A stretch of DNA of 64,000 bases. Source: Dehalococcoidia bacterium. GTDB lineage: Bacteria; Chloroflexota; Dehalococcoidia; Lucifugimonadales; JAGWBF01. Shown here in pieces: positions 24,120-32,603 of the stretch (position 1 is its first letter; every line of letters begins with the position of its first letter). The stretch is taken from assembly GCA_964291465.2 (NCBI GenBank), contig OZ219934.1, positions 6,768-70,767 on the forward strand, read 5' to 3'. A model generated the notes under the pieces. It saw nothing but the letters and a program-made list of their open reading frames with translations. It ran no database searches and was not told where the DNA came from. The position numbers and the translations under genes were made by a program.

Positions 24120-25652
24120 CTACCCCTTTGGCCGCCGCCTCGCCGGCTTTCCCAGGGCCACCAGGAACATGGTGCTCAGGCCCCGGGCGTCGGGCGAGAA
24201 GAACTCCGTCACGTCGTCGTCGAAGAACGTCAGGCCCGTGGCGCCCAGACACTGGGCATAGGCCGCCAGGTACATCCTGCCGCCGACTATGCCGCCCTCG
24301 AGCTGGGCCGCCCGGTACCCCCGGTTGCCGAACCGGTCCAGCACCGCGGGAAGGTCCGCCAGCATGAACACGTCGACGCTGGCGTCGGCGGGCAGCGTCT
24401 GCTGAAGGCCCAGGAACCCCGCCACCCGGCGCATCTCTCCCTCGTCCAGCAGCTCCAGGGCCCCCTCCTCCCTCCGGTACGCGTAGGCGCCCGGCGCCAG
24501 CCCCTCCACCGCGTGGACTATCAGGTAAACCCGGTTCAGCATGGCCCCCGGAGGCTCCAGGAAGTCCGCCGGGACCCCCCGGGTGGACCGGTGCAGGACG
24601 GTGGAGAGCTGCGGAAAGGTGATGGCCTCCCGACGGAACTGCCTGGAGGACCCCCTCCGGGCGATGGTGCCCTCGATGGTGTCCCCGGCCCCGTCGGCCA
24701 GCGGCTCCAGGGACCTCAACGACCCGCCTGCCGCATTGGACGACTGCGGCGAGGCGGCTCCACGCCACGCCCTGGCCTCCCGCCCGGTGGAGAGGGACGA
24801 GGCGGAGTGCATCGCCCCTATGGCGGGGTACTCCACCTCGGTGAGGGAGAGGGGCGCGGTCCTCAGGTCCAGCTCCGCGGACGGGGGCGGGGCGGGGCAC
24901 CCCGGGGACCCGCTGCCCAGGGGGACCACGGCCAGCGAGACCTCCTTCTCGGTGTCCAGACCCAGGAGGTGATTGACGGCGCCGTCTGCGAACCCGGCCA
25001 CGACCCTGGCCTCGATGCCCCGGGCCGCGGAGACGGCTAGGGTGTTGGCCAGCATCGTGCCGCCGTCCCAGAAGCAGTGCCGGTAGGCCCGCGCCCGGTA
25101 CTTCCAGGAGTTGCGCCAGAAGGTGCTGGTCAGGACCAGCGAGGCCGGCGCCGAGGCCACCGACGGCTCGTAACCGCATGACTCCACCAGCGCCGCCCGG
25201 TAGTCCCCTTGGCGCAGCCGTCGCAGGGCGAAGTCGTGGGCGCCGAAATGATAGACGCCCGGCTCCAGCCCGGGCAGAGGCCCGCACACCAGGTACACCT
25301 CAACGTGGTACAGGGCCCCGGTGCACGCCGCCGCCCGGAAGAGGATCTCGCCGCCGGGGTAGACCCCCTTCTTGGTGATGCCCGCCGAGTAGTAGAGGAC
25401 GGAGGCCAGGCCCCTCAGGTCCAGCCCGGCGTCGCCGGCGACGCCAGCCCGGCCGGCGATGGCTTGGAGGGCCGCTGTCCCGGTGTTCGAGAAGTCCCTG
25501 GGCAGAGGGAGGGGCTCCAGCTCCTCGTATATCTTGAAGGGGAGGGGCTGGTTGGGGAAGTCCAGAAAGTGGGAGTCCGCGTGGATGCTCTGCCACGAGT
25601 GCTTGGTCCCGTCGTGGTAGCTCCAGGCGGCCTCCAGGTCCCTGTTCGTCAC
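24120..25652 (-). CDS. SagB/ThcOx-type dehydrogenase (double nitroreductase-fold protein)
   Basis: 510 aa, GTG start. The N-terminus is YHDGTKHS...; there are two nitroreductase-like halves (FRAAACTGALYHVEVYLV and NRVYLIVHAVEGLAPGAYAY). No adjacent YcaO, cyclodehydratase or precursor gene. Confidence 0.75.
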   Translation of the reverse strand: MTNRDLEAAWSYHDGTKHSWQSIHADSHFLDFPNQPLPFKIYEELEPLPLPRDFSNTGTAALQAIAGRAGVAGDAGLDLRGLASVLYYSAGITKKGVYPGGEILFRAAACTGALYHVEVYLVCGPLPGLEPGVYHFGAHDFALRRLRQGDYRAALVESCGYEPSVASAPASLVLTSTFWRNSWKYRARAYRHCFWDGGTMLANTLAVSAARGIEARVVAGFADGAVNHLLGLDTEKEVSLAVVPLGSGSPGCPAPPPSAELDLRTAPLSLTEVEYPAIGAMHSASSLSTGREARAWRGAASPQSSNAAGGSLRSLEPLADGAGDTIEGTIARRGSSRQFRREAITFPQLSTVLHRSTRGVPADFLEPPGAMLNRVYLIVHAVEGLAPGAYAYRREEGALELLDEGEMRRVAGFLGLQQTLPADASVDVFMLADLPAVLDRFGNRGYRAAQLEGGIVGGRMYLAAYAQCLGATGLTFFDDDVTEFFSPDARGLSTMFLVALGKPARRRPKG

Positions 25653-25735
25653 GTTTGGCTGCTCCCGGCTTGCGCGGTCTCGACCGGCCCGATTATAGCA
25701 CGGCCCCGCCGCCGACCCGGGGGCTCCGGCTCGCG

Positions 25736-25764
25736 TTGACGGCCTCTCGGGCCGGTGCTACACT
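25736..25764 (+). promoter_or_regulatory. Sigma-70-like promoter for the isochorismatase/lyase operon
   Basis: TTGACG (25736-25741), 17-nt spacer, TGc-TACACT (25756-25764). Confidence 0.5.
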
Positions 25765-25823
25765 GACCCCTCCCATGTCGGCGCAGGCCTCCGCCATGGG
25801 GCCAATTGCGGAAGGAGAACCCC

Positions 25824-26522
25824 ATGACCGAACGCTGGAACCTGCAGACCATCGGCCTTTCCCGGAGGACGGACCTGGACGAGCAGTTCCCGTTGGACCC
25901 CGCGAGGACGGCCCTTGTGGTGGTGGACATGCAGTACTACAGCGGATGCAGGACCACCGGCCTGGGGAAGCGGTACGCCGACGCGGGCCAGGAAGAGCTG
26001 GTGGAGTGGCGTTTCGACCGCATCGAGCAGGTTGCGGTGCCCAACATCCAGCGGCTGCTGGCCCACTGCAGGGCCAACGGCGTGCGGGTCGTGTACGTCC
26101 AGCTTGGGTCCCACACCCGCGACTTCGCCGAGGTGCCGGCCCACATGCGCAACCTGCTGGCGGCGGGCGACGGCTGGTTCGGGAACCCCAACGCGGCCAT
26201 CCTGGAGGAGATCGCCCCCGCGGAGGGGGAGCCGGTGTTCAGGAAGAACACCGTGGGCGCCTTCGCCTCCACGGCCATAGACGCCCACCTGCGCCAGAAC
26301 GGTGTGGAGCACCTGGTGTTCACCGGCATCTCCACCGCGGCCTGCGTGGACAGCACCGCCCGGGCCGCGGCTGACCTGGGCTATCACTGCGCCCTGGTCT
26401 CGGACGGGTGCAGCGACATGACCAGGGAGAACCACGAGTGGGCGCTGCACCACTTCCAGCGCCTCTTCGGACGGGTCATGGAGACCGACGACGTGCTGAG
26501 GGAGCTGTCGACCCCCGACTAA
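25824..26522 (+). CDS. Isochorismatase-family cysteine hydrolase
   Basis: ATG 25824 follows GGAAGGAGA. TALVVVDMQ, and FTGISTAACVDSTARAA carrying the catalytic Cys. Confidence 0.8.
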   Translation: MTERWNLQTIGLSRRTDLDEQFPLDPARTALVVVDMQYYSGCRTTGLGKRYADAGQEELVEWRFDRIEQVAVPNIQRLLAHCRANGVRVVYVQLGSHTRDFAEVPAHMRNLLAAGDGWFGNPNAAILEEIAPAEGEPVFRKNTVGAFASTAIDAHLRQNGVEHLVFTGISTAACVDSTARAAADLGYHCALVSDGCSDMTRENHEWALHHFQRLFGRVMETDDVLRELSTPD

Positions 26523-26547
26523 CGGTGATCAGGGAGGAGGCCCCGGG

Positions 26548-27489
26548 ATGAAGAAGAGCAAGAGGCTGCGAGAGCTGTTCGACTCGGGCAAGGTGTTCAC
26601 CATCGCGGGAGGCTCCTGCGCCTTCCACGCCAAGATGGCCGAGGCGGCGGGGTTCGAGTGCGCCTACATGTCCGGCGGGTTCACCAGCTCCTTCCTGCTG
26701 GGCATACCCGACGCGGGCATCATGACCCTTACGGAGATGGTGGAGAACGCCCGGCGAATGGCCCGGGCCACCAGCATCCCCCTCCTGTGCGACGCCGACC
26801 AGGGTTACGGCAACGCCCTCAACGTCCGGCACACGGTGGAGGCGTTCATCGGCGCCGGCGTGGCCGGCATCCACCTGGAGGACCAGCCCGTGCCCAAGCG
26901 CTGCGGGTTCGTGTCGGGCAAGGAGGTCATCTCCCTGGAGGAGGCCGCCGGCAAGTACCGGGCCGCCGTGGACGCCAGGAACGAGCTGGACCCGGACTTC
27001 GTGATCCTGGCCCGCTGCGACGCCCGCACCGCCGTGGGGGGCTCCCTGGAGGAGACCATTCGACGCCTGAAGGCCTACGAGGAGGCGGGGGTCGACGTCC
27101 TCTACTTCGAGGCCCCCCAGAGCATGGAGGAACTGAGAGAGGCCCGGGCCGCCGTCTCCAAGCCCCTGATGTGCACGTGGCACGCCATCGGCACCCCCGA
27201 GCTGTCGGAGATGGAGGAGCTGGGCATCGCCGCCCACTTCCTCCCCGGCCTGCTGAACACCCCCGCCATGCTGGCGGCGTGGGACTTCGCCCACGAGTTC
27301 AAGGCCCGGGGAATGGACGCCCTGAGGGAGCAGGAGGAGCGGTACAAGGACCACCCCCTGGCCAACCTGAGGCACTTCGAGTTCCTGGGCTTCGACAAGC
27401 TGCGGGAGTGGGAGGAGCAGTACCTCCCCGCCGAGGCTGTCTCCAAGTACGAGAAGTCCGTGGGCGTGTACGAGCCCGGCCGGGTCTAG
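26548..27489 (+). CDS. Isocitrate lyase / PEP mutase superfamily protein (lyase-type active-site loop)
   Basis: SGGFTSS ... LLCDADQGYGN ... GIHLEDQPVPKRCGF. The KRCG loop is the ICL/methylisocitrate-lyase type, not the PEP-mutase EDK..NS type. The residue after the loop is Phe instead of the usual His. Confidence 0.8.
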   Translation: MKKSKRLRELFDSGKVFTIAGGSCAFHAKMAEAAGFECAYMSGGFTSSFLLGIPDAGIMTLTEMVENARRMARATSIPLLCDADQGYGNALNVRHTVEAFIGAGVAGIHLEDQPVPKRCGFVSGKEVISLEEAAGKYRAAVDARNELDPDFVILARCDARTAVGGSLEETIRRLKAYEEAGVDVLYFEAPQSMEELREARAAVSKPLMCTWHAIGTPELSEMEELGIAAHFLPGLLNTPAMLAAWDFAHEFKARGMDALREQEERYKDHPLANLRHFEFLGFDKLREWEEQYLPAEAVSKYEKSVGVYEPGRV

Positions 27490-27570
27490 GCCGCCGGGGG
27501 GTCAGGGGCACGACATTAGGGAGACTAGGGGGCTCGGTGGAAGTCACGGCCGACTCCCCCAGCCGGGCGC

Positions 27571-28326
27571 CTACCCCGACGCGGCCAGCCGCGCGACGGC
27601 GTCGCTGACGCAGCCGAGGGAGGGCACCGTGGCGTCGGGCTCCACCTCCACCGGCGTGCGCCGGTCGTCGTGGGTCTCGATCCATACGGTCTTCATCCCC
27701 GCCTGCTTGGCCCCGTACACGTCGTTCAGCAGGTGGTCCCCCACGTGCACGGTCTCGCCGGCGGCGGCCCCCATGGCCTCCAGGGTGCCCCGGAATATTT
27801 CCAACGCGGGCTTGGCCAGGCGCACCTCGTCGGAGAAGGTATGGACGTCGAAGTATTCCAGCAGCCCCAGCTGCTCCATGTAGACGCGAAATGTGACTCC
27901 CGGGGTCATGCCCGTGTTGGATATGAGGCCCATGCGGAAGCCGGCGGTCCTGACGGCCTCCAGCACACGGGCGGCGTCCTCGTGGGGAGGGGGAGGGTAG
28001 TCGAACAGGGAGTCGGCGTAGGAGTCTGAGATGCTCCGCACCACCCCCGGGTCCAGGCGCGCCGGGAGGGCCGGGTCTATGTGCCCGATGAATATCTCGA
28101 TCTGCTCGGCGAAGGAGACGTCCCGTCCCTCGGCGCGGATGCCGTGGCAGGAGCGGTAGCACTGGCGGTAGGCCTCCCGCACCTGCTCCTCGGAGTAGTC
28201 CTCGCCCGCGCCCGTGAGGGCGTCCCGCGCCCCGCGAAGCCTCACCTGCATGCGGGCCAGCCCAAGCTCCCGGGTATCCATGAGCAGGGTCTGCCACAGG
28301 TCGAAGGTCACACAGCTTATGGCCAA
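27571..28326 (-). CDS. HAD-superfamily hydrolase
   Basis: Motif I is TFDLWQTL. Also ISNTG, and VHVGDHLLNDVYGA as motif IV. TTG start is uncertain. Confidence 0.8.
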   Translation of the reverse strand: MAISCVTFDLWQTLLMDTRELGLARMQVRLRGARDALTGAGEDYSEEQVREAYRQCYRSCHGIRAEGRDVSFAEQIEIFIGHIDPALPARLDPGVVRSISDSYADSLFDYPPPPHEDAARVLEAVRTAGFRMGLISNTGMTPGVTFRVYMEQLGLLEYFDVHTFSDEVRLAKPALEIFRGTLEAMGAAAGETVHVGDHLLNDVYGAKQAGMKTVWIETHDDRRTPVEVEPDATVPSLGCVSDAVARLAASG

Positions 28327-28468
28327 TTCTCACAACCCCGTAGTCACGAATTGCAAGCTATTGTACAACATTCTCGTTGCACTGGGCCGGGCCAGTGGGC
28401 CGTTCCACTGGGCTGGTACGGGGGCTGGTGTGTTGGGACCGGAGACCGCCGTCCCTGAAGGGGCGGTG

Positions 28469-28477
28469 TGCTATACT
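28469..28477 (+). promoter_or_regulatory. Extended -10 element TGcTATACT upstream of nadE
   Basis: It lies 27 nt before ATG 28504. No convincing -35. Confidence 0.35.
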
Positions 28478-28503
28478 CCCAGGCAACCCCCGCAGGCAGC
28501 AGC

Positions 28504-30243
28504 ATGCGCACCCTTCGCCTGGCTCTGGCACAAATGAACCCCACCGTGGGCGACCTGGAAGGGAACGCCCGCAAGATAGTCGATCTGACCCGGCGGGCCC
28601 GCTCGGCCGGCGCCCACCTCGTCGCCTTCCCGGAGATGGCCATACCCGGCTACCCCGTGGAAGACCTGGTGTTCAAGCCGTCCTTCCTCCGGGACAACGT
28701 GGACGCCATGCGGTGGGTGGTGGCCGCGTCCGAGGGCATCGCCGTCGCGGTGGGCTTCGTGGACGCCGGCCCCGAGGTGTACAACGCCTGCGCGGTGGCC
28801 CACGACGGGAAGCTGGCGGGGACATACCGCAAGATCCACCTGCCCACCTACGGGGTCTTCGACGAGGACCGCTACTTCCGGCCCGGGGACGTGTGCCCCG
28901 TGTTCGTCATCAATGGGGTGCGTGTGGGCGTCAGCATCTGCGAGGACCTGTGGTACCCCGTGGGCCCCATAGACGTCCTCAGAGAGGCCGGGGCCGAGGT
29001 GGTGGTGAACGTCAACGCCTCGCCGTACCACATGGGCAAGGGGGCCGAGCGGGAGGCGCTGGTGTCCGCCCGAGCTTCGGACAACGGGGTCTGGCTGGCC
29101 TACGTGAACATGGTCGGCGGCCAGGACGAGCTGGTGTTCGACGGGGGCAGTCTCCTGGTGGACCCTGCGGGAAGGCTGGTCGCCAGGGGGCCCTCCTTTG
29201 CCGAGGACCTCATCGTCGCGGAGGTGGACGCCGACGCCGTGTCCAGCAACAGGCCCGAGGCCCCCGCGAGGCGCAAGGGGGACCCGGACTCCCTGAAGAA
29301 GATCGGCCGGCCCCGGGTGGTGGAGGTCTCCCCACACAGGGACTCTACCGGCCCCCCTCCGGCCCCGACCCCTCCGGCCGAGCCCCAGGAACCCTGCGCG
29401 GAGGTGTACGGCGCCCTGGTGCTGGGCACCCGGGACTACGTTGCCAAGAGCGGCTTCTCTCGCGTGCTGATAGGCCTGTCCGGGGGCATCGACTCGGCCC
29501 TCACCGCCACAGTCGCGGTGGACGCCCTTGGCCATGAGAACGTGGTGGGAGTGTCCATGCCCTCCCGGTACTCCAGCGAGGGCAGCGTGGCCGACTCCAA
29601 GGCGCTGGCCGAGCGCCTGGGCATGGAGCTATGGGTGGTGCCCATCGAGCCCGCCCACGCCGCCTTCCTGGACATGCTGGAGCCCCACTTCCGGGGAGTC
29701 GCGCCCAACCTGGCAGAGGAGAACGTGCAGGCCCGCATCCGGGGAAACCTGCTGATGACCATGGCAAACAAGTTCGGGTGGCTGGTGTTGACCACCGGCA
29801 ACAAGAGCGAGACGGCCATGGGATACGCCACCCTCTACGGCGACATGGCCGGGGGGTTCGCAGTGATCAAGGACGTGCCCAAGACCCTGGTGTACGACCT
29901 GTCCCGGTGGCGCAACGAGCATGGATACCCCCGGGACGTGGTCCCCCAGGCCGTGCTGGAGAAGCCCCCCAGCGCCGAGCTGAAGCCGGACCAGAGGGAC
30001 CAGGACACCCTGCCGCCCTACGAGGTGCTGGACCCCATCGTGAAGGCCTACGTGGAGGACGACCTGGACCTGCAGGAGATCGTGGACATGGGGTTCGACC
30101 GGGAGATGGTGAGGGGCATCATCGCGGCCATAGACCGCAACGAGTACAAGCGGAGACAGGCCCCGCCGGGCATCAAGATCACGCCCAGGGCCTTCGGCAA
30201 GGACCGCCGCCTGCCCATCGTGAACCGGTACCGGCAGTCGTAG
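28504..30243 (+). CDS. nadE: Glutamine-dependent NAD+ synthetase
   Basis: N-terminal CN-hydrolase domain (LALAQMNP ... FPEMAIPGY ... VSICED) and a C-terminal synthetase domain with SGGIDS and the PP-loop. Confidence 0.9.
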   Translation: MRTLRLALAQMNPTVGDLEGNARKIVDLTRRARSAGAHLVAFPEMAIPGYPVEDLVFKPSFLRDNVDAMRWVVAASEGIAVAVGFVDAGPEVYNACAVAHDGKLAGTYRKIHLPTYGVFDEDRYFRPGDVCPVFVINGVRVGVSICEDLWYPVGPIDVLREAGAEVVVNVNASPYHMGKGAEREALVSARASDNGVWLAYVNMVGGQDELVFDGGSLLVDPAGRLVARGPSFAEDLIVAEVDADAVSSNRPEAPARRKGDPDSLKKIGRPRVVEVSPHRDSTGPPPAPTPPAEPQEPCAEVYGALVLGTRDYVAKSGFSRVLIGLSGGIDSALTATVAVDALGHENVVGVSMPSRYSSEGSVADSKALAERLGMELWVVPIEPAHAAFLDMLEPHFRGVAPNLAEENVQARIRGNLLMTMANKFGWLVLTTGNKSETAMGYATLYGDMAGGFAVIKDVPKTLVYDLSRWRNEHGYPRDVVPQAVLEKPPSAELKPDQRDQDTLPPYEVLDPIVKAYVEDDLDLQEIVDMGFDREMVRGIIAAIDRNEYKRRQAPPGIKITPRAFGKDRRLPIVNRYRQS

Positions 30244-30251
30244 GCAGCCGC

Positions 30252-30842
30252 TTAGGTTGTACTCAGAGAGTGGGCCTTGAGAGACTTGCCATTCCACACC
30301 AGTGGTTTGCGGGTATCGGCGTCGAGGGCACCGTCCAGCTTAGGTGGGTTATCCTGAGCGGCCCCCGCCTCATTCAGTTGCGCCTGCGTCAGCCCGTCTG
30401 CCTCACACAGATTGGCCCCGCTTAGGTTCGCATCTGAGAGGTCTGCCTCCGAGAGCAGGGCATCGTACAGGTTAGCTTCGCTCAGGTCGGTGTTCGAAAG
30501 GTCCGCCTCAGAGAGATTGGCGTCGGAAAGGTCTGCTTTCCTGAGGTTGGCTCCTGAAAGGTCCGCCTCAGAGAGATTGGCGTCAGACAAGTCCGCCCCG
30601 CTGAGGTCCGTGTTTGATAGGTTCGCCTCGATGAGGTTCGCGTCGGACAGATCGACCTTCGAGAGGTCCGCCTCGGATAAGTTTGCCTCCGGCAGGTGGG
30701 CGCCAGCGAGAGCCGTGCCGTGCAAATCCAACTTGAACCCAGCTTCCTTCTCCAGTCTGATGGCCACCTCGTCACGGCTGCCGAGGGCCGTGATAGCAGC
30801 CTGAACATCTCTAGGTATGGGCTTCTTCTGTCTCTTCGTCAT
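30252..30842 (-). CDS. Pentapeptide-repeat protein (C-terminal portion of a split gene?)
   Basis: About 22 consecutive A(D/N)LSx pentapeptides. An exact 29-nt internal DNA duplication occurs at 30496-30524 and 30556-30584. It has its own ATG with GAGGAA upstream. Confidence 0.85.
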   Translation of the reverse strand: MTKRQKKPIPRDVQAAITALGSRDEVAIRLEKEAGFKLDLHGTALAGAHLPEANLSEADLSKVDLSDANLIEANLSNTDLSGADLSDANLSEADLSGANLRKADLSDANLSEADLSNTDLSEANLYDALLSEADLSDANLSGANLCEADGLTQAQLNEAGAAQDNPPKLDGALDADTRKPLVWNGKSLKAHSLSTT

Positions 30843-31308
30843 CGGCTTCCTCTTCCCGAGTAACTCTCCGCATGATGTCTTGGAGTAGACTCGTGGCGCG
30901 AACCTGATACAGGCCCCGGTGCTCCCTAGCTAGGCGCTGAAGGTCGTAGATTCCAGCCTCGCGTTCAGACGCCGCGCCACTCTGGGCCATCCGAGCTGCT
31001 CTATCGTAGCGCTCGTCAAGCAGGCCTTCTTGCGCTGTCGCCGCCTGGCTCTGTGTGGCCGCGGCTTGCCTGTCGGCCACCAACCCGCGCCAGATCACCA
31101 ATGGGAGAGCCACCGAACCCGCGATGGCTATACCAATGTTGCGTATAGTCATGCTGGCGGACTCATCGCCACGCAACCAGCCCCAGAATACCGCGGACAG
31201 CACAATGCCAACGCCCAACAGTCCAGCCGCGACCGAGATCCAGAAACCACGCGACTCGGGGAGCCGGAGGCTGGAACGGAGGCTGTGTACGCGGTCAATG
31301 GGACTCAT
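30811..31308 (-). CDS. Membrane protein resembling the N-terminal module of TM-anchored pentapeptide-repeat proteins
   Basis: Two TM helices, then EAGIYDLQRLAREHRGLY...LLQDIMRRV. It overlaps the pentapeptide ORF by 32 nt, in the frame one nt upstream. Confidence 0.6.
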   Translation of the reverse strand: MSPIDRVHSLRSSLRLPESRGFWISVAAGLLGVGIVLSAVFWGWLRGDESASMTIRNIGIAIAGSVALPLVIWRGLVADRQAAATQSQAATAQEGLLDERYDRAARMAQSGAASEREAGIYDLQRLAREHRGLYQVRATSLLQDIMRRVTREEEADDEETEEAHT

Positions 31309-31391
31309 TTCTCAGTCACCACCGGGTTACTGGACCATAGCACCACCGCGGCTCAGGCCGGTAAGTCTGACCGAATCACATGGACACGTGT

Positions 31392-31856
31392 CTACTCCCC
31401 GACCTCGACGATCATCTCGATCTCGATGCAGATGCCGTTGGGCAGGCCGCCCATCCCCACCGCCGAGCGGGCGTGGGCGCCCCGGTCTCCGTATATCTTG
31501 GCCAGCAGGTCGGTGGCGCCGTTGGCCACCTTGGGCTGGTCGCCGAAGTCCGGCGCCGAGTTGACCATGCACAGCAGCTTCACCACGCGGGACACCTTGT
31601 CCAGGTCCCCCAGCTCGCCCTTCACCGCCGACAGGCAGTTGAGCATGGCCTGCTGGGCTGCGGCGTAACCCTCCTCGATGGTCACGTCCTGCCCCACCTT
31701 CCCCGAGTTCAGGGCCCCGGCTCCGGGTACGCTGGGACCGTGCCCGCCAACGAACAGCAGGTTGCCCGTGCGGACCGCGTTGGCGCGGCCCGGGGGCGGC
31801 GTGGATGCGGGGGGCAGCTCCAGCCCCAGCTCCGCCAGCTTCTGCTCTGCTCCCAT
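31392..31856 (-). CDS. RidA/YjgF family protein
   Basis: 154 aa. GNLLFVGGHGP ... VVKLLCMVNSA ... ARSAVGMGGLPNGICIEIEMIVE. Confidence 0.85.
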   Translation of the reverse strand: MGAEQKLAELGLELPPASTPPPGRANAVRTGNLLFVGGHGPSVPGAGALNSGKVGQDVTIEEGYAAAQQAMLNCLSAVKGELGDLDKVSRVVKLLCMVNSAPDFGDQPKVANGATDLLAKIYGDRGAHARSAVGMGGLPNGICIEIEMIVEVGE

Positions 31857-31903
31857 GGTGTCCTCCCTCTTCCAGTAAGCTCGAGCCCGGGACCCCTCCC
31901 AGG

Positions 31904-32368
31904 CTACTCCTCCAGCTCCACCATCATCTCGGCCTCCACGCAGCAGTTGGCGGGCAGCCCGCCCATGCCCACGGCCGAGCGGGTGTGGCGGCCCCGGTCA
32001 CCGAACAGGTTGACGAGAAGGTCCGACGCGCCGTTGGCCACCCTGGGCTGGTCGCCGAAGCCGTCGGCGGAGTTGACCATGCACAGCACCTTGAGGACCT
32101 GCTTCACCTTGTCCAGGTCTCCGATGGCGTGCTTGATGCTGGACAGGCAGTTCAGGGCCACGAGCTGGGCGGCCTCGTACCCCTGGTCGACGGTCACGTC
32201 CCTTCCCAGCTTCCCCGGGTGCAGCATCTCGCCGTCCGCCTTGCGCGGCACGTGCCCGGCCACGAACAGGTAGTTGCCGCTGCGTACCGTCTCGACGTAG
32301 TTACCGCCGGGAGTCGGGGTCGGCGGCAGCTCCAGGCCCATCTCGGCCAGTTTCCGCTCTATCTCCAC
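31904..32368 (-). CDS. RidA/YjgF family protein (tandem paralogue)
   Basis: 154 aa, colinear with the neighbour: GNYLFVAGHVP ... VLKVLCMVNSA ... TRSAVGMGGLPANCCVEAEMMVE. Confidence 0.85.
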   Translation of the reverse strand: MEIERKLAEMGLELPPTPTPGGNYVETVRSGNYLFVAGHVPRKADGEMLHPGKLGRDVTVDQGYEAAQLVALNCLSSIKHAIGDLDKVKQVLKVLCMVNSADGFGDQPRVANGASDLLVNLFGDRGRHTRSAVGMGGLPANCCVEAEMMVELEE

Positions 32369-32416
32369 CTGGCACCTCCTACCAATATCGGGGGAATATC
32401 GGGCCCGCGCTGTTAT

Positions 32417-32448
32417 CCGGCGCCACGCGGGGCCGGCGCCACGCGGGG
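32417..32448. repeat. Perfect 16-nt tandem duplication CCGGCGCCACGCGGGG x2
   Basis: 32417-32432 is identical to 32433-32448. It lies in the recA upstream intergenic region. Confidence 0.9.
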
Positions 32449-32558
32449 CCTTGAGACATTATAGCCCCGACGCCCCACTTTACAAGGGTGACGGCGCCCC
32501 CGCGCCCACATCGACCCGTCCGTTCAGAAAGTGACATCGGCTTCTTGTGGGTGCCTGG

Positions 32559-32573
32559 ATGGTATGCTACCAT
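32559..32573. promoter_or_regulatory. Inverted repeat ATGGTA-TGC-TACCAT overlapping a TGg-TATGCT extended -10 upstream of recA
   Basis: Perfect 6-3-6 palindrome 31 nt upstream of ATG 32604. TATGCT is at 32563-32568 with TG at 32560-32561. Confidence 0.35.
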
Positions 32574-32603
32574 GCCGTCGAAGTCGGGGCCCTGGGAGGA
32601 CGA

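Noticed and set aside
26548-27489. PEP mutase as the start of a phosphonate biosynthesis cluster.
   Set aside because: The active-site loop is EDQPVPKRCGF (lyase type), not the PEP-mutase EDK...NS motif. No phosphonopyruvate decarboxylase is adjacent.
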